Positions 41,980-55,700 of a stretch of DNA of 64,000 nt are shown here, piece after piece. Every line of letters begins with the position of its first letter. Position 1 is the stretch's first letter. Source of the stretch: the human T2T-CHM13v2.0 reference genome, Homo sapiens. The translations under genes were made by a program, and so were the position numbers. The DNA is taken from assembly GCF_009914755.1 (NCBI RefSeq), contig NC_060930.1. One strand, written 5' to 3'. The notes below the pieces were generated by a model that was given only the letters and a program-made list of their open reading frames with translations, was not told where the DNA came from and did not search any database.

Positions 41980-42860
41980 AAGAACGCAGCGGAGGTGAGC
42001 GCGCGTGCATGTCTTCCTGAGCCGAGCATAAGCCGCAATTCCGCAGGACTCTACTCAGGGAAAAGTATATTTGACGTCTAGACTCTGAGGGAAGGACGGG
42101 AGTGGCTAGAACTACCGTTTGGCGGAGTTACGGGAGTAGTGATAACACTGCTGGTGGGGTTCCAGAGCCGAGAGGGCGGTGATTGGTTGAGCCGCGTTAC
42201 TCCGAGCGCTCCCATTGGTGCATTCCTTGGAGCCAGGGTTGCTATTGGTGGCGAGCTGGCCGCGGCGAAAGAACCCCGGCCGCTTGGGCTAGTGCGGCGG
42301 CGGCCAGGCGGAGCCGGAGGTGAGAGTGCGAGCAGCGTCCTGTGGCGTGGCGACCCCTGGGCTCACAGCCTCGCGCTCCCTGGGCTCACAGCCTCGGGCT
42401 CCCTGGACTCACAGCCTCGCCCTCCCTGGGCTCACAGCCTCGCGCTCCCTGGGCTCACAGCCTCGCGCTCCCTGGGAATAGGGGTTTCTGGGGTCTTGTT
42501 GGGGCAGAGGTGCGGGAGTCTCGCCGCGTTTAGGTGGACAGTCCAGGAGTCCTGCTGGAGAGGAGGACCTGGGAAGACCCGCGATGCCGGCAGGAGGACG
42601 GGAGAGTTTCAGGCGTAACTGGTCTTTGTGGAAACCGCCCGACCCCGCTGTGGAGGGGAGCTGCGGCACCCGCGCCGTGCGCTCTCGCCATCTGCCGCCT
42701 TCCCAACGGGAAGAGGGCAGAGGCGCCGGCGCCATCGCGAGGTCAAGCGTGACCCTTGGCCACCCAGGTGTGAGTTGTGAAGAGGAGGACTCATCAGACG
42801 GCTGGGCCAACGTGTTTAGTTCCAGAAGGAGCGTGGCGCTCGCTCTGGGCTCGGCGACCT
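41980..42860 (+). promoter_or_regulatory. Orphan CpG-island promoter with three ATTGG (inverted CCAAT) boxes
   Basis: ATTGG at 42182, 42214 and 42244; CpG-rich; candidate donor GAG|GTGAGA at 42319/42320. Confidence 0.7.
42355..42476. repeat. 23-bp minisatellite, 5.3 copies (ccctgggctcacagcctcgcgct)
   Basis: Units at 42355, 42378, 42401, 42424, 42447 and a partial one at 42470; 0-2 mismatches per unit. Confidence 0.95.
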
Positions 42861-45166
42861 CCCTACAAAAGATGAAAGGAGGGCTTCTGTCATATGCGAC
42901 TGTAGTTTAATTCAAATTAAGCCGTTGTACCACAGACAACTTGTTAATGCCTTTAGCTTGCAAACCCTCCAAGAGTCCTTCAAAAAGGGACCGAAAGTGG
43001 GTGGACTACACATATGCATGTAACCCCTCTGAAGGCACTAGCTTTATTTCAAGTACATTTTAATTATTTAAAGTTTAACGTTTCATGTAAATGGCCAATA
43101 AAGACGAAATCATGAGTTCATTAAAGAATATAAAAGTCAGATTTTTTGGTAATTTGAGTTAAACAGATTAAGAGAAATGTTTTCAAGTAGAGTGAGGAAA
43201 CTACTAAAAATGAAATAAATATCCAAACATCATGAGCGTTCTCTACTTTTTTTCTATCCATATATACTTTTGCATAATTTGATATTGCAGGAAATGGCTG
43301 CAAATACAAATTTTCTATTCTTAATGCTGGTAGTGCAGCAGTTTTCCTGAAAGTTACTTTAAGTAGAGAATGACTTTCATGGCAAGTTGTATTTGAGTGG
43401 GAGACACTTAAATCTAGTGATTTGAGTAGAAAGCCTTAGGTGGAAATGTCTTATGTGACAGGAGATATAGTGGAGATAGATGCAATAGCAGATGGCTTTA
43501 CATAACAGCGAAGGTCAAAGATTGTTTTTAATCTTGTTTAAATCCCTGGAAAAAAAAGGCAGAGAGATAAGATTCTGTACTTGACACTGAGCAGTGGATT
43601 CCTGAATTGTCACCTTAAGGGAAATGGAGACGTGACCAGGTCGGATTCAAGCTCTCTTGAGGGCATTGGACTGTAGCAGCACACATCTGTGAGCAGCAAA
43701 ATGCTTTCAGGTATGCTAAAAGTCAATCCAATGAGAAACAAGTCAATGTAGGATGTCGCATTTTATAAGCTTATTTGTGATTTTTCAGAAAGCAAGAGAA
43801 AGAAATGCCTTAGCAACCAAGAGGATGTAGAGAAAAGAAAATACATCAGAGGGTTTATGGGATAGGCTTTCGGAATTATTTAAAGCTAACATGCTGAAAT
43901 GTGATCTCAGGGTACTGGCATTGCCATCTATAGGTGCTTGTATATATACTATGCCCTACATTGGTTTCTAAATCAATTTGTTTATTATTGTATTGAATTA
44001 GTAGTTTGAGACTTCATGATATTTATATGGGCCAATATTCTCATAAAGTGGAAAAAAAATAGCTTCGCCTCAAGATTTCCTTGACATCACTCATTTAATT
44101 AAATCTTTATTATCTCATTTAATCTTTATAACAATCTATTTAATAGATAAGGGAAATGGGGCTTGTTTCAATACCAAGCTAGAAGTATTCCTAAGATTCA
44201 TTCCTAAGCCTACTGACTCCACTACACAGCCTTATTCTCAACATACTATTAATGTATGCCCTCTTGTTCTATTCATTTATTTATTTATTTAGGGCTTTAT
44301 TGTTGTTGTTTGTTTTTGAGATGGGTTCTCAATATGTTGCCTAGGCTGGTATGGAACTCCTGGGTTTGAGCCATCCTCTGGCCTCAGCCTTCTGAGTAGC
44401 TGAGATTACAAGCACATGCTGCCACACCCTGCCATATGACCTCTTTAAAACAGTGTCACCTGATGAAAGAGGTTTCCAGAAATTCGATCTGAATCCTTTG
44501 TAACTAGATCCAATGAATGTTTTACAGGGTGATGATGAGGTGAGCTGAAAGATAAGTGGGTCCCCAGGCTTTTTAGCTGGAACCAGAGTTAAGTTAGAGA
44601 CCATCTTTGGCTTGTTATGTATTTGAAGACATTTGAATTCTGGTAAGTCCCTGCAAGGCTGTGTCCTATCTAGTCTAGGCTTACTTGGTTTTATTAAACA
44701 AGAAGATGTGTATAAGGATAGATTTAAAATGGCCCACCTGTGATCCTGAGGACCCTAGGAAGGAAGGTGTAATAGTTGGATTCTGTTGAGAATTTCAGGA
44801 CTATGGTGCACAGCCAGAGAATCACTGAATTCCCAAGTCAGTACCTAAAAAAGTTCCCAGTTTCCTAGCATCCCATGGTATTGGAGATCATTTGTGGTGT
44901 GGTTCATTCAACGTTCAAACTCTTTTCACATGTAGCAGGCTATATTCCTGGAAATCTGGGCCAGGCAGGGGGCAGAGGTGGGGCTGGGGTGGTCTGAAGC
45001 TGCTCTATTGATGACAGAGCTGAGGGTGATCAGAAAGAGGGAAATACAAGGGCAAACTCAAAACAGAATGCTAGGCACATTGTCATCAGGAAAAAGTCGG
45101 GCTGAGGGAGAATCCCTGCAGACACAAGGTTGCAGAATGGAGCCAAACTTAAATAAGATGATTGAG

Positions 45167-45317
45167 ATGCTCAGGTGAGGTGGTTCATGCCCATAATTCC
45201 AGCACTTTGGGAGGCCAAGGCAGAAAGATCACTCTGAGGCCAGGAGATCAAGACCAACCTTGGCAACATAACGAGACTCCTGTATCTACCAAAAAAAAAA
45301 AAAAAAAAAAAAAAAAA
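45167..45317 (+). mobile_element. Alu left monomer (FLAM-like) with long A tail
   Basis: Alu motifs followed by an A run. Confidence 0.85.
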
Positions 45318-45502
45318 AGGTAGGTTTTGCATTCTAAATAAGAAATATACTCAATTTTCAAAGAACAAAACTGTCTAAATAGGTATCTATCTAGGAGTCT
45401 TAATCCAATCTCATTTCTGTGCACTTCTGTCAGCTCATAGGTAATCAACCACGGGTAGAGGTACCACGAAGCTCACTGGCGTGAAATCCTTATATAAGAC
45501 CT

Positions 45503-45848
45503 TGATATGGTCTGGCTGTGTTCCAGCCAAATCTCAACTTGAATTGTGTCTCCCAGAATTCCCAAGTGTTGTAGGAGGGACCCAGGGGGAGGTAATTGAA
45601 TCATGGGGGCCGGTCTTTCCCATGCTATTCTCATGATACTGAATAAGTTTCAAGAGAGCTGATGGTTTATCAGGGGTTTCCGCTTTTGCTTCTTCCTCAT
45701 TTTTTCTCTTGCTGCTGCCATGTAAGAAGTGCCTTTTGCCTCCCACCATGATTCTGAGGCTTCCTCAGCCATGTGGAACTGTAAGTCCAATTAAACCTCT
45801 TTTTCTTCCCAGTCTCAGGTATCAGCAGCATGAAAATGGACAAATACA
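45503..45848 (+). mobile_element. THE1 solo LTR
   Basis: tgatatggtctggctgtg...aaatggacaaataca; flanks gacct/gacca resemble a 5-bp TSD. Confidence 0.9.
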
Positions 45849-47606
45849 GACCAGTACCTAATTCTGTGTTTTATTTCTTAAAGTAGATCCCCCAAATTCT
45901 ATGAATTTCAAAACCAAAAAATCTTGATCTATACTTGTAATCACTTATTTTAGTTTCTTGTATACATCTAGTTTTCTTTTTGTAAATACAAATATCCAAG
46001 AATGAATGTATTTTTATTTTCTTCCCTGTCTTAAATATTTAATATTCACTCTTCTGTATCCTGCTTTTTATTCAAATTAATATACTGTGGAGAAATTTTC
46101 CATGATAATTCAAAGAGAGCCTCCTCACTTTTTTTTTCTTTTATTGCTACATAGTACTCTATTGTGTAGATGTAGAAAGACAGATTTAACCAATTCTCCT
46201 GTTGATGACCTTTGGGTTGTTTTCAATCTTTTATTACCTTAAAGACACTTCAATGAATAACTTGTGTTAAGTGATTTTGTAGGTGGGCTGCAGGTGTGTT
46301 TCATAAGGTGCTACTGCTTTGATTGCAGTGAGGAAAGAGCTATTGAGGATGCTGAGCTGGCCAGGACAGTGTCAGAATCAGACCAGCGTCTGGGAGAGGG
46401 ATGATTGGCTGACTGTTCAACTGGTCCTTCTCTCCATAGTTGGAAAACTCAGAGTTACCTTTAGCTCTTGATCATACTCTGTACATAGGGAGACAACAAT
46501 GGGGCCTCCACCCCATTCTTTTGTTCTCTTGGGAATTTGGCAAAGGATCCTTGGGAGGCCTTAGCTATAGAACTGTACCTCTCCAGGCCTAGCAATATAG
46601 AAATCCTAATGTTGGGCTCACATGGGAAAAGAGTATGTTTGCATGCACATGCATTTGAACTTTTAGTTTTTTCCTGTGAACACTATCACCAAATTTTGAT
46701 TTCCCAATGATGCATATTATTTAAAAATACCTTATGTAAAACCGTCTTTGGGATTATGATTCAGACTTGTAACTGGATGACTAGAGCCTGAGCCTATGGT
46801 AAGTAGCAGGTACTGAGCACAACCCACACCAGCTGTAGAATAGTGACAAGCACTCCAGTAGGGAAAAAAACAAATGCAAATGAGATGTACTTGGCCATGG
46901 AACAAAGATGAAAATGACATTCACTTGTAAATGAGTTTTCTGTGTTTGATGTAAACAGAATGACATGTATTTTGCAGGAAGACCTCTATGACCTTCGGAC
47001 AGTTGTTGAGTTCATTACATGTAGCTGCACATGTTTCTGACATTTCATTATTATTAATGTATCTCATGATCTAACCGTCTCTAGGTTTTTAATTTATTTA
47101 GAAGCATTTCCACAATTTTCTGTCCTAGGAGATGATCTTAGAGTTAAGGTGAGATGCTCATCATTGAAAGGTTAAATGCCCTGGAACACAGCTTGAATCT
47201 GACACTTTGCTCTTGGATAAGGAAACAGCTGATCTTATAGAATTCAAGAGCAAGAGGAAGACAATCAACTTCTCAGCTTTGCCATTTATAGCTAACCATG
47301 GTCCCCAGCCTAAGCATTTGCTCAAACATTAGATTTAGATTATTGATATGTGGCTTTGCTTTCTGAGCCTTGTACATCTTTCGACCCCATTTAAAATCTT
47401 CTCTTTTCTCTATAGCCTTCCCTGACTGTCCCAGCCCAAAACTTTAATACATACATTAGACATAGTAGATACTCAACAAATAGTTGAGAATTAGTTGATT
47501 AAACATTCTTTATTTCTTACTCTGAACATTGATGAAGCACTGAGAGCCCACTACATGCCAGGCACAGCACTGGCTGGGGACATATGGATGATTAAGATGG
47601 TCTCAA

Positions 47607-47900
47607 GCCAGGTGCAGTGGCTCACGTCTGTAATCCCAGCACTTTGGGAGGCCAAGATGGGCTGATCCATTGAGCTCAGGAGTGTGAGACCAGCCTGGGC
47701 AACATGGCAAGAACCCATCTTTATCAAAAATAGAAAAAGTCGGGCATGGTTGTGTGTGCCTGTGGTGCCAGCTACTCAGGAGGCTGAGGTGGGAGGATTG
47801 CTTCAGCCCAGGAGGCAGAGGTCTCACTCTAGCCTGGGTGGCAGAGTGAGACCCTGTCTAAAAACAAAACAAAACACAAAACAAAACAAAAGAAAACAGA
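47607..47900 (+). mobile_element. AluJ-like inserted in an L2 remnant (~47500-48250)
   Basis: Alu motifs; flanks have L2-type sequence. Confidence 0.8.
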
Positions 47901-49298
47901 AAGATTGTCTCAAGCTCATGGTCTAGTGGAGAAGGCAAACATAAGAACAGAAATTGATAACACAATGTGGTGGGTATAGTGATGGAGATGAACACAGAGG
48001 AAGGGTACCTTCTTAGAGAGAGAAGGGTGAGGGCAGGGAAGGAGTTATATAGGAAAAGGCCTCCTGGAGGATGCAACACCTGAGCTGAGTCTTAAACAAG
48101 ATGGGTAAGAGTCATCTAGGTCATGGTTAAAAGGAGAAGGAAGGACATTTCCAAGAGACAGAATAGCATGAGCATAGTGAGTGGGGAAGCAGCACGAATG
48201 TATATGAGGAATTCCAGGCATTACAGTGTTGCTATGGGGCAGAATGGCAAACAGGCAGTATTGCTGAGAGATGAAGATCCACCTGTGAGGAAGTGTGATG
48301 CAGTGGTTAAGAGAGTATGTGGGCTTTGGAGTTCAGTAGAGCTGAGTTTGCATCCTGCCTCTGCATCTTTCTACCTGTGAGAACTTGGTGAAACTACTTA
48401 ACCTCTATATGCTTCAGTTTACTCATCTGTAAAATGGGAACAACAATGGCATTGTATTTAAAACATTCTTATGAGGGGTAATTGAAGTAATGTTTGCAAA
48501 CTGCTTAACTCAGGTAAACATTAAAAGCATGTTGGCCAATTGTTATTGAGAGACTGGAGAGTTGTGGGGGAGGGTGCAAGGGGATGAGGGGACATAAAGG
48601 GAGGGACTCTGGAAGGTTTAAGCTGGCACTAATGGCAGTTTTGCATTGCAAGAGGACTATTTTGGAGACAGGGAGACTAGTTAGAAGGCAGTTACATTCA
48701 GCATTTCAGGTGACAGATGATGAGGGATAGTGGTAATAGGGATGGAGAGGAGAGGATAGAGTTAAATATTTAGGAGGTAACGTTGATGGGATTTTGTCAC
48801 TGTGTGGAGGAATGTGAGAGAGTAAGGAATCTAGCATATTAATGATAAGACAGTTATAACGTTCTCAGTAGTGTTGCACTGTGTTGATCACTGTTGGCAA
48901 ATGCACTGTAGGTCAAGATGATCTTAGAAGTGTTTGGTTTTGTTGGGAAATAAAACCTTAAGAAATTAAAAGACCAATATATTTGAATATATAGACAACA
49001 AAAGCCTATATTATCTCTCCATACAAACAAAACAAAACTAAACTGAAATAATGATAACACAGCCTAAGAAAAATAATAGCTTTGTCAAGAATAGAAGATA
49101 ATAGCAATATGTAAATAGTTCATTAAAATTTATGAGAAAGCATCATGATTCCAATAGATAAATAGCAAATGATAAGAATTAACCATTTTAATTATACTTT
49201 CAAATTCTGGCTCTCTAAGGTCAGCCAGCTAGGTTTCATGTTCAAATATCATTGTCAAGTACTTCCTGTGATTTTGTTTGAAAAAAAAAAAATCCTGA

Positions 49299-49596
49299 GG
49301 CTGGGTGTGGTGGCTTACACCTGTAATCCTAGTACTTTGGGAGGCCGAAGCCGGTGGATCACTTGAGGTCAGGCGTCCAAGACCAGCCTGACCAACATGG
49401 TAAAACCGTGTCTCTACTAAAAATACAAAAACTAGCCAGGTATGGTGGCTTGTGTCTGTAGTCCCAGCTACTTGGGAGGCTGAGGCAGGAGAATCACTTG
49501 AACCTGGAGGCAGAAGTTGCAGTGAGCCGGGATCACACCATTGCATTCCAGCCTGGGTAACAGAGCGAGACTACCTCTCCAAAAAAAAAAAAAAAA
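49299..49596 (+). mobile_element. Alu (AluSx-like)
   Basis: Full Alu; flanked by aaaaaaatcctga on both sides (TSD). Confidence 0.95.
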
Positions 49597-49795
49597 TCCT
49601 GAATAAGCTTAAAAAAAATTAACCAAGTTGCCAATAAACAAAGATGTAAACATCCTTATATATAAAAATTTGATAAAAATTTAAGAAAATGCTAGTAATG
49701 GTCTGAAATTGATACAAGCACATTTTGCTGATGTCATTAAAACCATTTGTCCAGCAACATATAAAGTTTTGCCAGGGACATATATATACATATAT

Positions 49796-52745
49796 TTTTT
49801 GTTTGCTGTGAAATTATAGTACTATGCTCATGGAAGAAAATGTCCTTGAGGCACACTACCCTATTAAAGGATAGTATATCATAATGACTAAGATATACTT
49901 TAAAATATTTCAGCAAAGAAAAAACACTGTTCAAGGAAATAAGAGAGGACACAAACAAACGGAAGAACATTCCATGCTCATGGATAGGAACAATCAATAT
50001 CGTGAAAATGGCCATACTGCCCAAAGTAATTTATAGATTCAATGCTATCCCCATCAAGCTATCATTGACTGTCTTCACAGAATTAGAAAAAAACTACTCT
50101 AAATTTCATATGGAACCAAAAAAGTGTCCTTTTAGCCAAGACAATCCTAAGCAAAAAGAACAAAGCTGGAGGCATCATGCTACCTGACTTCAAACTATAC
50201 TACAAGGCTACAGTAACCAAAACAACATGGTACTGGTACCAAAACAGATATATAGACCAATGGAACAGAACAAAGACCTCAGAAATAATGCCGCTCATCT
50301 ACAACCATTTGATATTTGACAAACCTGTCAAAAAAAAAGCGATGGAGAAAGGATTTCCTATTTAATAAATGGCTGAAACTGGATCCCTTCCTTACACCTT
50401 ATACAAAAATTAATGCAAAATGGATTAAAGACTTAAATGTAAGACCTAAAACCATAAAAACCCTAGAAGAAAACCTAGGCAATACCATTCGGGACATAGG
50501 CATGTGCAGAGACTTCATAAGTAAAACACAAAAAGCGATGGCAAGAAAAGCCAAAATTGACAAATGGGTTGTAATTAAACTAAAGAGCTGCACAGCAAAA
50601 GAAACTATCATCAGAGTGAACAGGCAACCTACAGAATGGGAGAAAATTTTTTCAATCTATCCATCTGACAAAGGGCTAATATCCAGAATCTACAAAGAAC
50701 TTAAACAAATTTACAAGAAAAAAAAGAAACAACCCCATCAAAAATTGGGCAAAGGATATGAACAGACACTTCTAAAAAAAAAAAGACATTTATGTGGTCA
50801 ATAAACATATGAAAAAAAGCTCATCATCACTGGTTATTAGAGAAGTGCAAATCAAAACCACAATGACATACCATCTCATGCCAGGTAGAATGGCAATCAT
50901 TAAAAAGTCAGGAAACAACAGATGCTGAAGAGGATGTGGAGAAATAGGAATGTTTTACACTGTTGGTGGGAGTCTAAATTAGTTCAACCATTGTGGAAGA
51001 CAGTGTGGCGATTCCTCAAGGACCTAGAACCAGAAATACCATTTGAGCCAGCAATCCCATTACTGGGTATATACCCAAAAGATTATAAATCATTCTACTA
51101 TAAAGACACATGCACATGTATGTTTATTGCAGCATTGTTCACAATAGCAAAGACTTGAAACCAACCCAAATCCCCTTCAGTGATAGACTGGATAAAGAAA
51201 ATGTGGCACATAGACACCATGGAATACTATGCAGCCATAAAAAGGATGAGTTCATGCCCTTTGCAGGGACATGGATGAAGCTGGAAACCATAATTCTCAG
51301 CAAACTAACACAGGAACAGAAAACCAAACAACGCATATTCTCACTCCTAAGTGGGAGTTAAAAAATGAGAACACATGGACACAAGGAGGGGAATATTACA
51401 CACTGGGGCCTGTCAGGGGGTGGGGGGCTAGGGGAGGGATAGCATTAGGAGAAATACCTAATGTAGATGACAGGTTGATGGGTGAAGCCAACCACCATGG
51501 CATGTGTATACCTATGTAACAAACCTGCATGTTCTGCAAATGTATCCCAGAACTTAAAGTATAATAATAAAAAAATGCAAAAAAAATTGTTAATAATTAC
51601 TGAACACAGGTGACAAAACTAGACTTGCTAAAGTAAAAACAAAAAGAGCAATGTAGTGCGCATGAGAATATGCATGGTCTAGTACAACTACTTTCATTTT
51701 TGCATATTATTTTCCAGTCTTAATCTATACAAATACATATTCTTAACTGCAATCATAATAGACAATCATTTTTAGTCAGCTGTTCTTATTTAATATTTTC
51801 AGTTTTCCATTGTTTTGTCTACAAATTATTTTAAACAATACTTTATAATGTGCCATATTGATACTCCCTAAAACACACTACCTTAATTTTGAATACTTGA
51901 GTTGCTTCCTCCATTTTTTTGTGGTATGACTTAATGCTGCAGAGAAAAACAGTGTGAATATAGTTTTATGCTTTTGTTAAATTGTTTCACTAAAATCCTC
52001 AGAACTATAAGAATGGAACACAAATATGTACATATTTATGTTTTTATTATGGATTATATATTTATACATTTTTATTGTATCATATTTTTAAAATATATTT
52101 ATATACTTTTATTATATAACCATAATATGTAATAAAATTATATAACTATAAATATGTACATTTTTGTGCTCCATTCTTATAGTTCTGAGGATTTATTTTA
52201 GTGAAACAATTTAACATAAGCATAAAGCTATATATACAAGGTTTTTCTTTGCAACATTAAATCATACAGCAAAAAAGCAGGGGAGCAACTCAAGTATTCA
52301 AAATTAAGGTAATGTTCTTTAGGGAGTATCAATATTATGGCACATTATAAAGTATTGTTAAAAATAATTATTAAGACAAAACAATGGAAAATTGAAAATA
52401 TTAAATGAGAACAACTGACCAAAATGATTGTCTATTATGTTTGCAGTTACTTAAGCATATGTATTTGTATAGATTAAGACTGGAAAATAATATGCAAAAC
52501 ACGAAAGTAGTTGTACTAGACTATGCATATTCTCATGTGCACTACATTGCTCTTTTTGTTTTTACTTTAGTAAGTCTAGTTTTGTCACCTGTATTTAGTA
52601 ATTATTAACATTTTTCTATTTTTCTTTGCTGAAGTATTTTCAAGTACATCTTAGTCATCATGATATATTACCCTTCAATAGTATAGTGTGCCTCAAGGAC
52701 ATTTTCTTCCATGACCATAGCACTATAATTTCACAGCAAACAAAA
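49796..52745. repeat. Long inverted repeat (palindrome), left arm interrupted by the L1
   Basis: 49796-49925 plus 51588-52060 is the reverse complement of ~52113-52745 (about 90% identity by eye). Confidence 0.9.
49926..51587 (+). mobile_element. 5'-truncated primate L1 (L1PA-type): ORF2 3' part, 3'UTR and poly(A)
   Basis: ORF fragments [73 protein letters not shown]; G-rich 3'UTR; A tail. Confidence 0.95.
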
Positions 52746-55700
52746 TGAATAGTTTTTAATATGATCTACTACTCAGGCCACAATCAAATTTGTCCAATTT
52801 ACATTTTCTTTCCAAAAATGGAATGATTTGATAAATCTGCCTTGTCCAGTGGGATTGTTTACTGCTGCGTAGAGTACTGCTGACTGGATCCCAGCCCCTG
52901 GTGCTATGGTGGTGAGTGTCCCCAGGCTGGTGGCTTGGGAGTGGTCAGCCATCCACCCTCTGGGCCTCTCAGCATGGAGCCCTAAGAGGAGGACAGCTGA
53001 CTCCGAGATGGTCAGTTCCGTCTGAGAGTAGAGCTGCCTCTTTTCTTCTGCCCTCTGCTCCTGGGAGCTGGGGGCACAGGCTGAGACCCTTGGAGCCAGC
53101 TGGCAGTGAGGAGTGGGAAACCAGCCAGCAGGTCTGTGCTTGGGCTGAGTAACTTTGGAACGTTGTCTTTGTCAAGTCAGTTGTGGAAGGTCCCAAGATT
53201 TCACACAACCCTCCCTACTCTGCCTGGTGCTCCTAAACACCTGGCTTTTTTTTTTTTTTTTTTTTTTTTTTTTGCCGATTTACCTTCTTTATGGTTTATA
53301 CAAAGAACTGTCTCTTCTTTTGATTAGTTGGATCTTCCGTGTTAAATAAGGCTTTAAAAAGAATCTTCAATTGCAGGATGTGACTAATAAAGTTATCAAG
53401 TCTGTGTTGTAAAAACAAACAAGCAAAACCAAAGCAAAACAAAAGCTAACCTAAAAATATTTTAACATGAAAGTTTTCCAAAACTCACAAAAGCGGAAAA
53501 AATGGCACGATGAGCCTCCCAATATTTTACCAGTCTTGTTTCATTTACTTTTGCTTAAGTATAAATTCCTAGAATTGTATCATTTCACCTGTTAATAGAT
53601 TACACCTGACAAAAAATTGACAGTTATTCCCTGATATCATCTAATACCTAGTCCATGTTGAAATTTCTCAAGTTATCTAAAAAATGTCTTTTATAGTCGA
53701 ATTTGTTTGAATTTCAGTCTGAATGAGGGACACTCATTTGCATTGATTCATGTTTCTAAAGTTTTTTTTTACATTTATAATGGCTCTCCTCCTTCGACCT
53801 CTCTTTTATTTGTTGAAGAAACCAGGTCATTTGTCCTTTAGAATTTCCATAATCTGAATCTGCCTCTCCACTTTGTTTATCATATTCCTCTACCCCTCAT
53901 ATTTTCTGTAAACTGGTGGTTACAACTAGATGATTGATTAGATTAAGATTTAGTTTCCCTTTTTTTGGAGGGACAAGAATACTTCATAGGTGGTGCTGCA
54001 TACTTTATATAGTATCACTTTAGGAGGCATGTAATGTGTGTATGCTCCACTTTTAGAGATGATTAAGATTGATGTTGGATTCAGGTGTAATCATCATTGT
54101 TTCAACTAATGGTTTTGGCAGCCATTGATGAAACTTGCTTAGATCCATTCTTTCATTAGGGGTGCAAAATAGTGGTTTTCGAATTCTAATATTTCTCTGC
54201 ATTCGTTATTTCTTTGTGTCATCTTTTAAACCTCAGGCCTCTGTGGCTAGTTGCATTACCCAGTTCACTCACACTTCCCCTAGAAATGGGCCATGGTTAA
54301 GTTGTTGGCACAGTTGGAAGCTGGCTTCTGTAATTTTCCCTTCTTCAGCTGTAAACTTTTGAGGTAATGACAATTTAGACAGTGTCAGATTTATGCCTTG
54401 GCATAGTTTTGACATCTGTGTAATATGATTTGAGAAAAGCTGAAAGGTTGGTCTATAAAAATATTTTCCTCTTCTCCAGCAATGGTATTTGACACCCCAA
54501 TACTGGTATTCTCCCTTAAGGGCCTTCAGCTGACTTGTGAATTGTAACCAGGGTAAGGTATGATGTTATCTGGAAGAAGGGATGGGAGGAGCAAAGACCA
54601 GCACATTAATGAACACATTAAAAGCAATTTAAAAAATGTGATTGTTAGCTGATTACTACCAGTTCACTCCACATGGTAAGGTCTGGAACACAACTGAATG
54701 TGTAGCTGAGAATGGAACATGGGTGTATTAGCTTGGATGAGGGAAGAGGGTTGCAATTGATACAGGTAATGTGCATACTTGGGGCTTGGTTCAGGTTTTT
54801 ATGTAGTGATTTCCAAGAATGAGGACTGTTGAATGGGTAGAAAACAGAAAGAAAATGTTAAAAGATGTGGGAAAACAAATTACCTCCTTAATACTTTCAT
54901 TGAGGACTCCTACTTAAGCTCTCAAAGTAGCACAGATAGGAAAAACAGGAATCAGTTTCCTATTCTTTTCTTTACTACTGTGTTGGTCGGGGAGCACAAA
55001 ACAGTGCTACACTCTAAGTCCTAGTGGAGTTTTCATTAGAGATCAGCAGTCATAAAGAGCAAAATATTCAAAGGAGGAATTTAAGGAAGATGGAGGGCTT
55101 ATAAGAGTATGAGGGAAATAGGAGGAATCACTTTTTAAAGGCAAAAGATGACAGATTGATCCCTTTTGACAAAGAAGAAAGTTCAGTTTGCTGTTTTACA
55201 GAAATAAACCATTTTCTCTTTTCACCTACTCAACAACCAGTTCTAATAAGGAAGTTTCAGTATTTTTATCTTTATGATAATTTCAGAAACAGTAGTCCAT
55301 TTATTCCTAATAATGTTACTGAAAAATACCAGTAATTATATAATGACTGCAGAAATCAGATTTTTAAGTAAATGAAGAGGGAAATGATTTTTTTCTTATT
55401 ATATGTCCCCAATTTATATGTAATTACCAGGTATAAAAGAACCTTCCTGGTATGCTTAATAACTGCCTTTTGTCCTTGCATGAAAAGTCGAGGTTTTTTA
55501 TTCAAGGTTTTGTTCTGCTCAGCTTTTTTCTGGCTGGTTGGGGAGATAGAGGCAGCTGTTTTATGACATGTCTCACAGGCCTTCCTCAGACCAGGAAGCG
55601 TATTGCTTTGGAAACCAGCTGGCCATGTTCTTCGCCTGTCAGACCCAATGCAAGCAAACAGAATTCAGGCAAACCAGTGGAAATCCGCCAGTACAGGGAG

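Noticed and set aside
42355-42476. Possible CRISPR-like array
   Set aside because: Units are contiguous with no unique spacers, and the context is eukaryotic; it is a minisatellite.
50002-51158. ORFs resembling reverse-transcriptase protein C-terminus
   Set aside because: Frameshifted fragments of a truncated L1 ORF2, not a gene.
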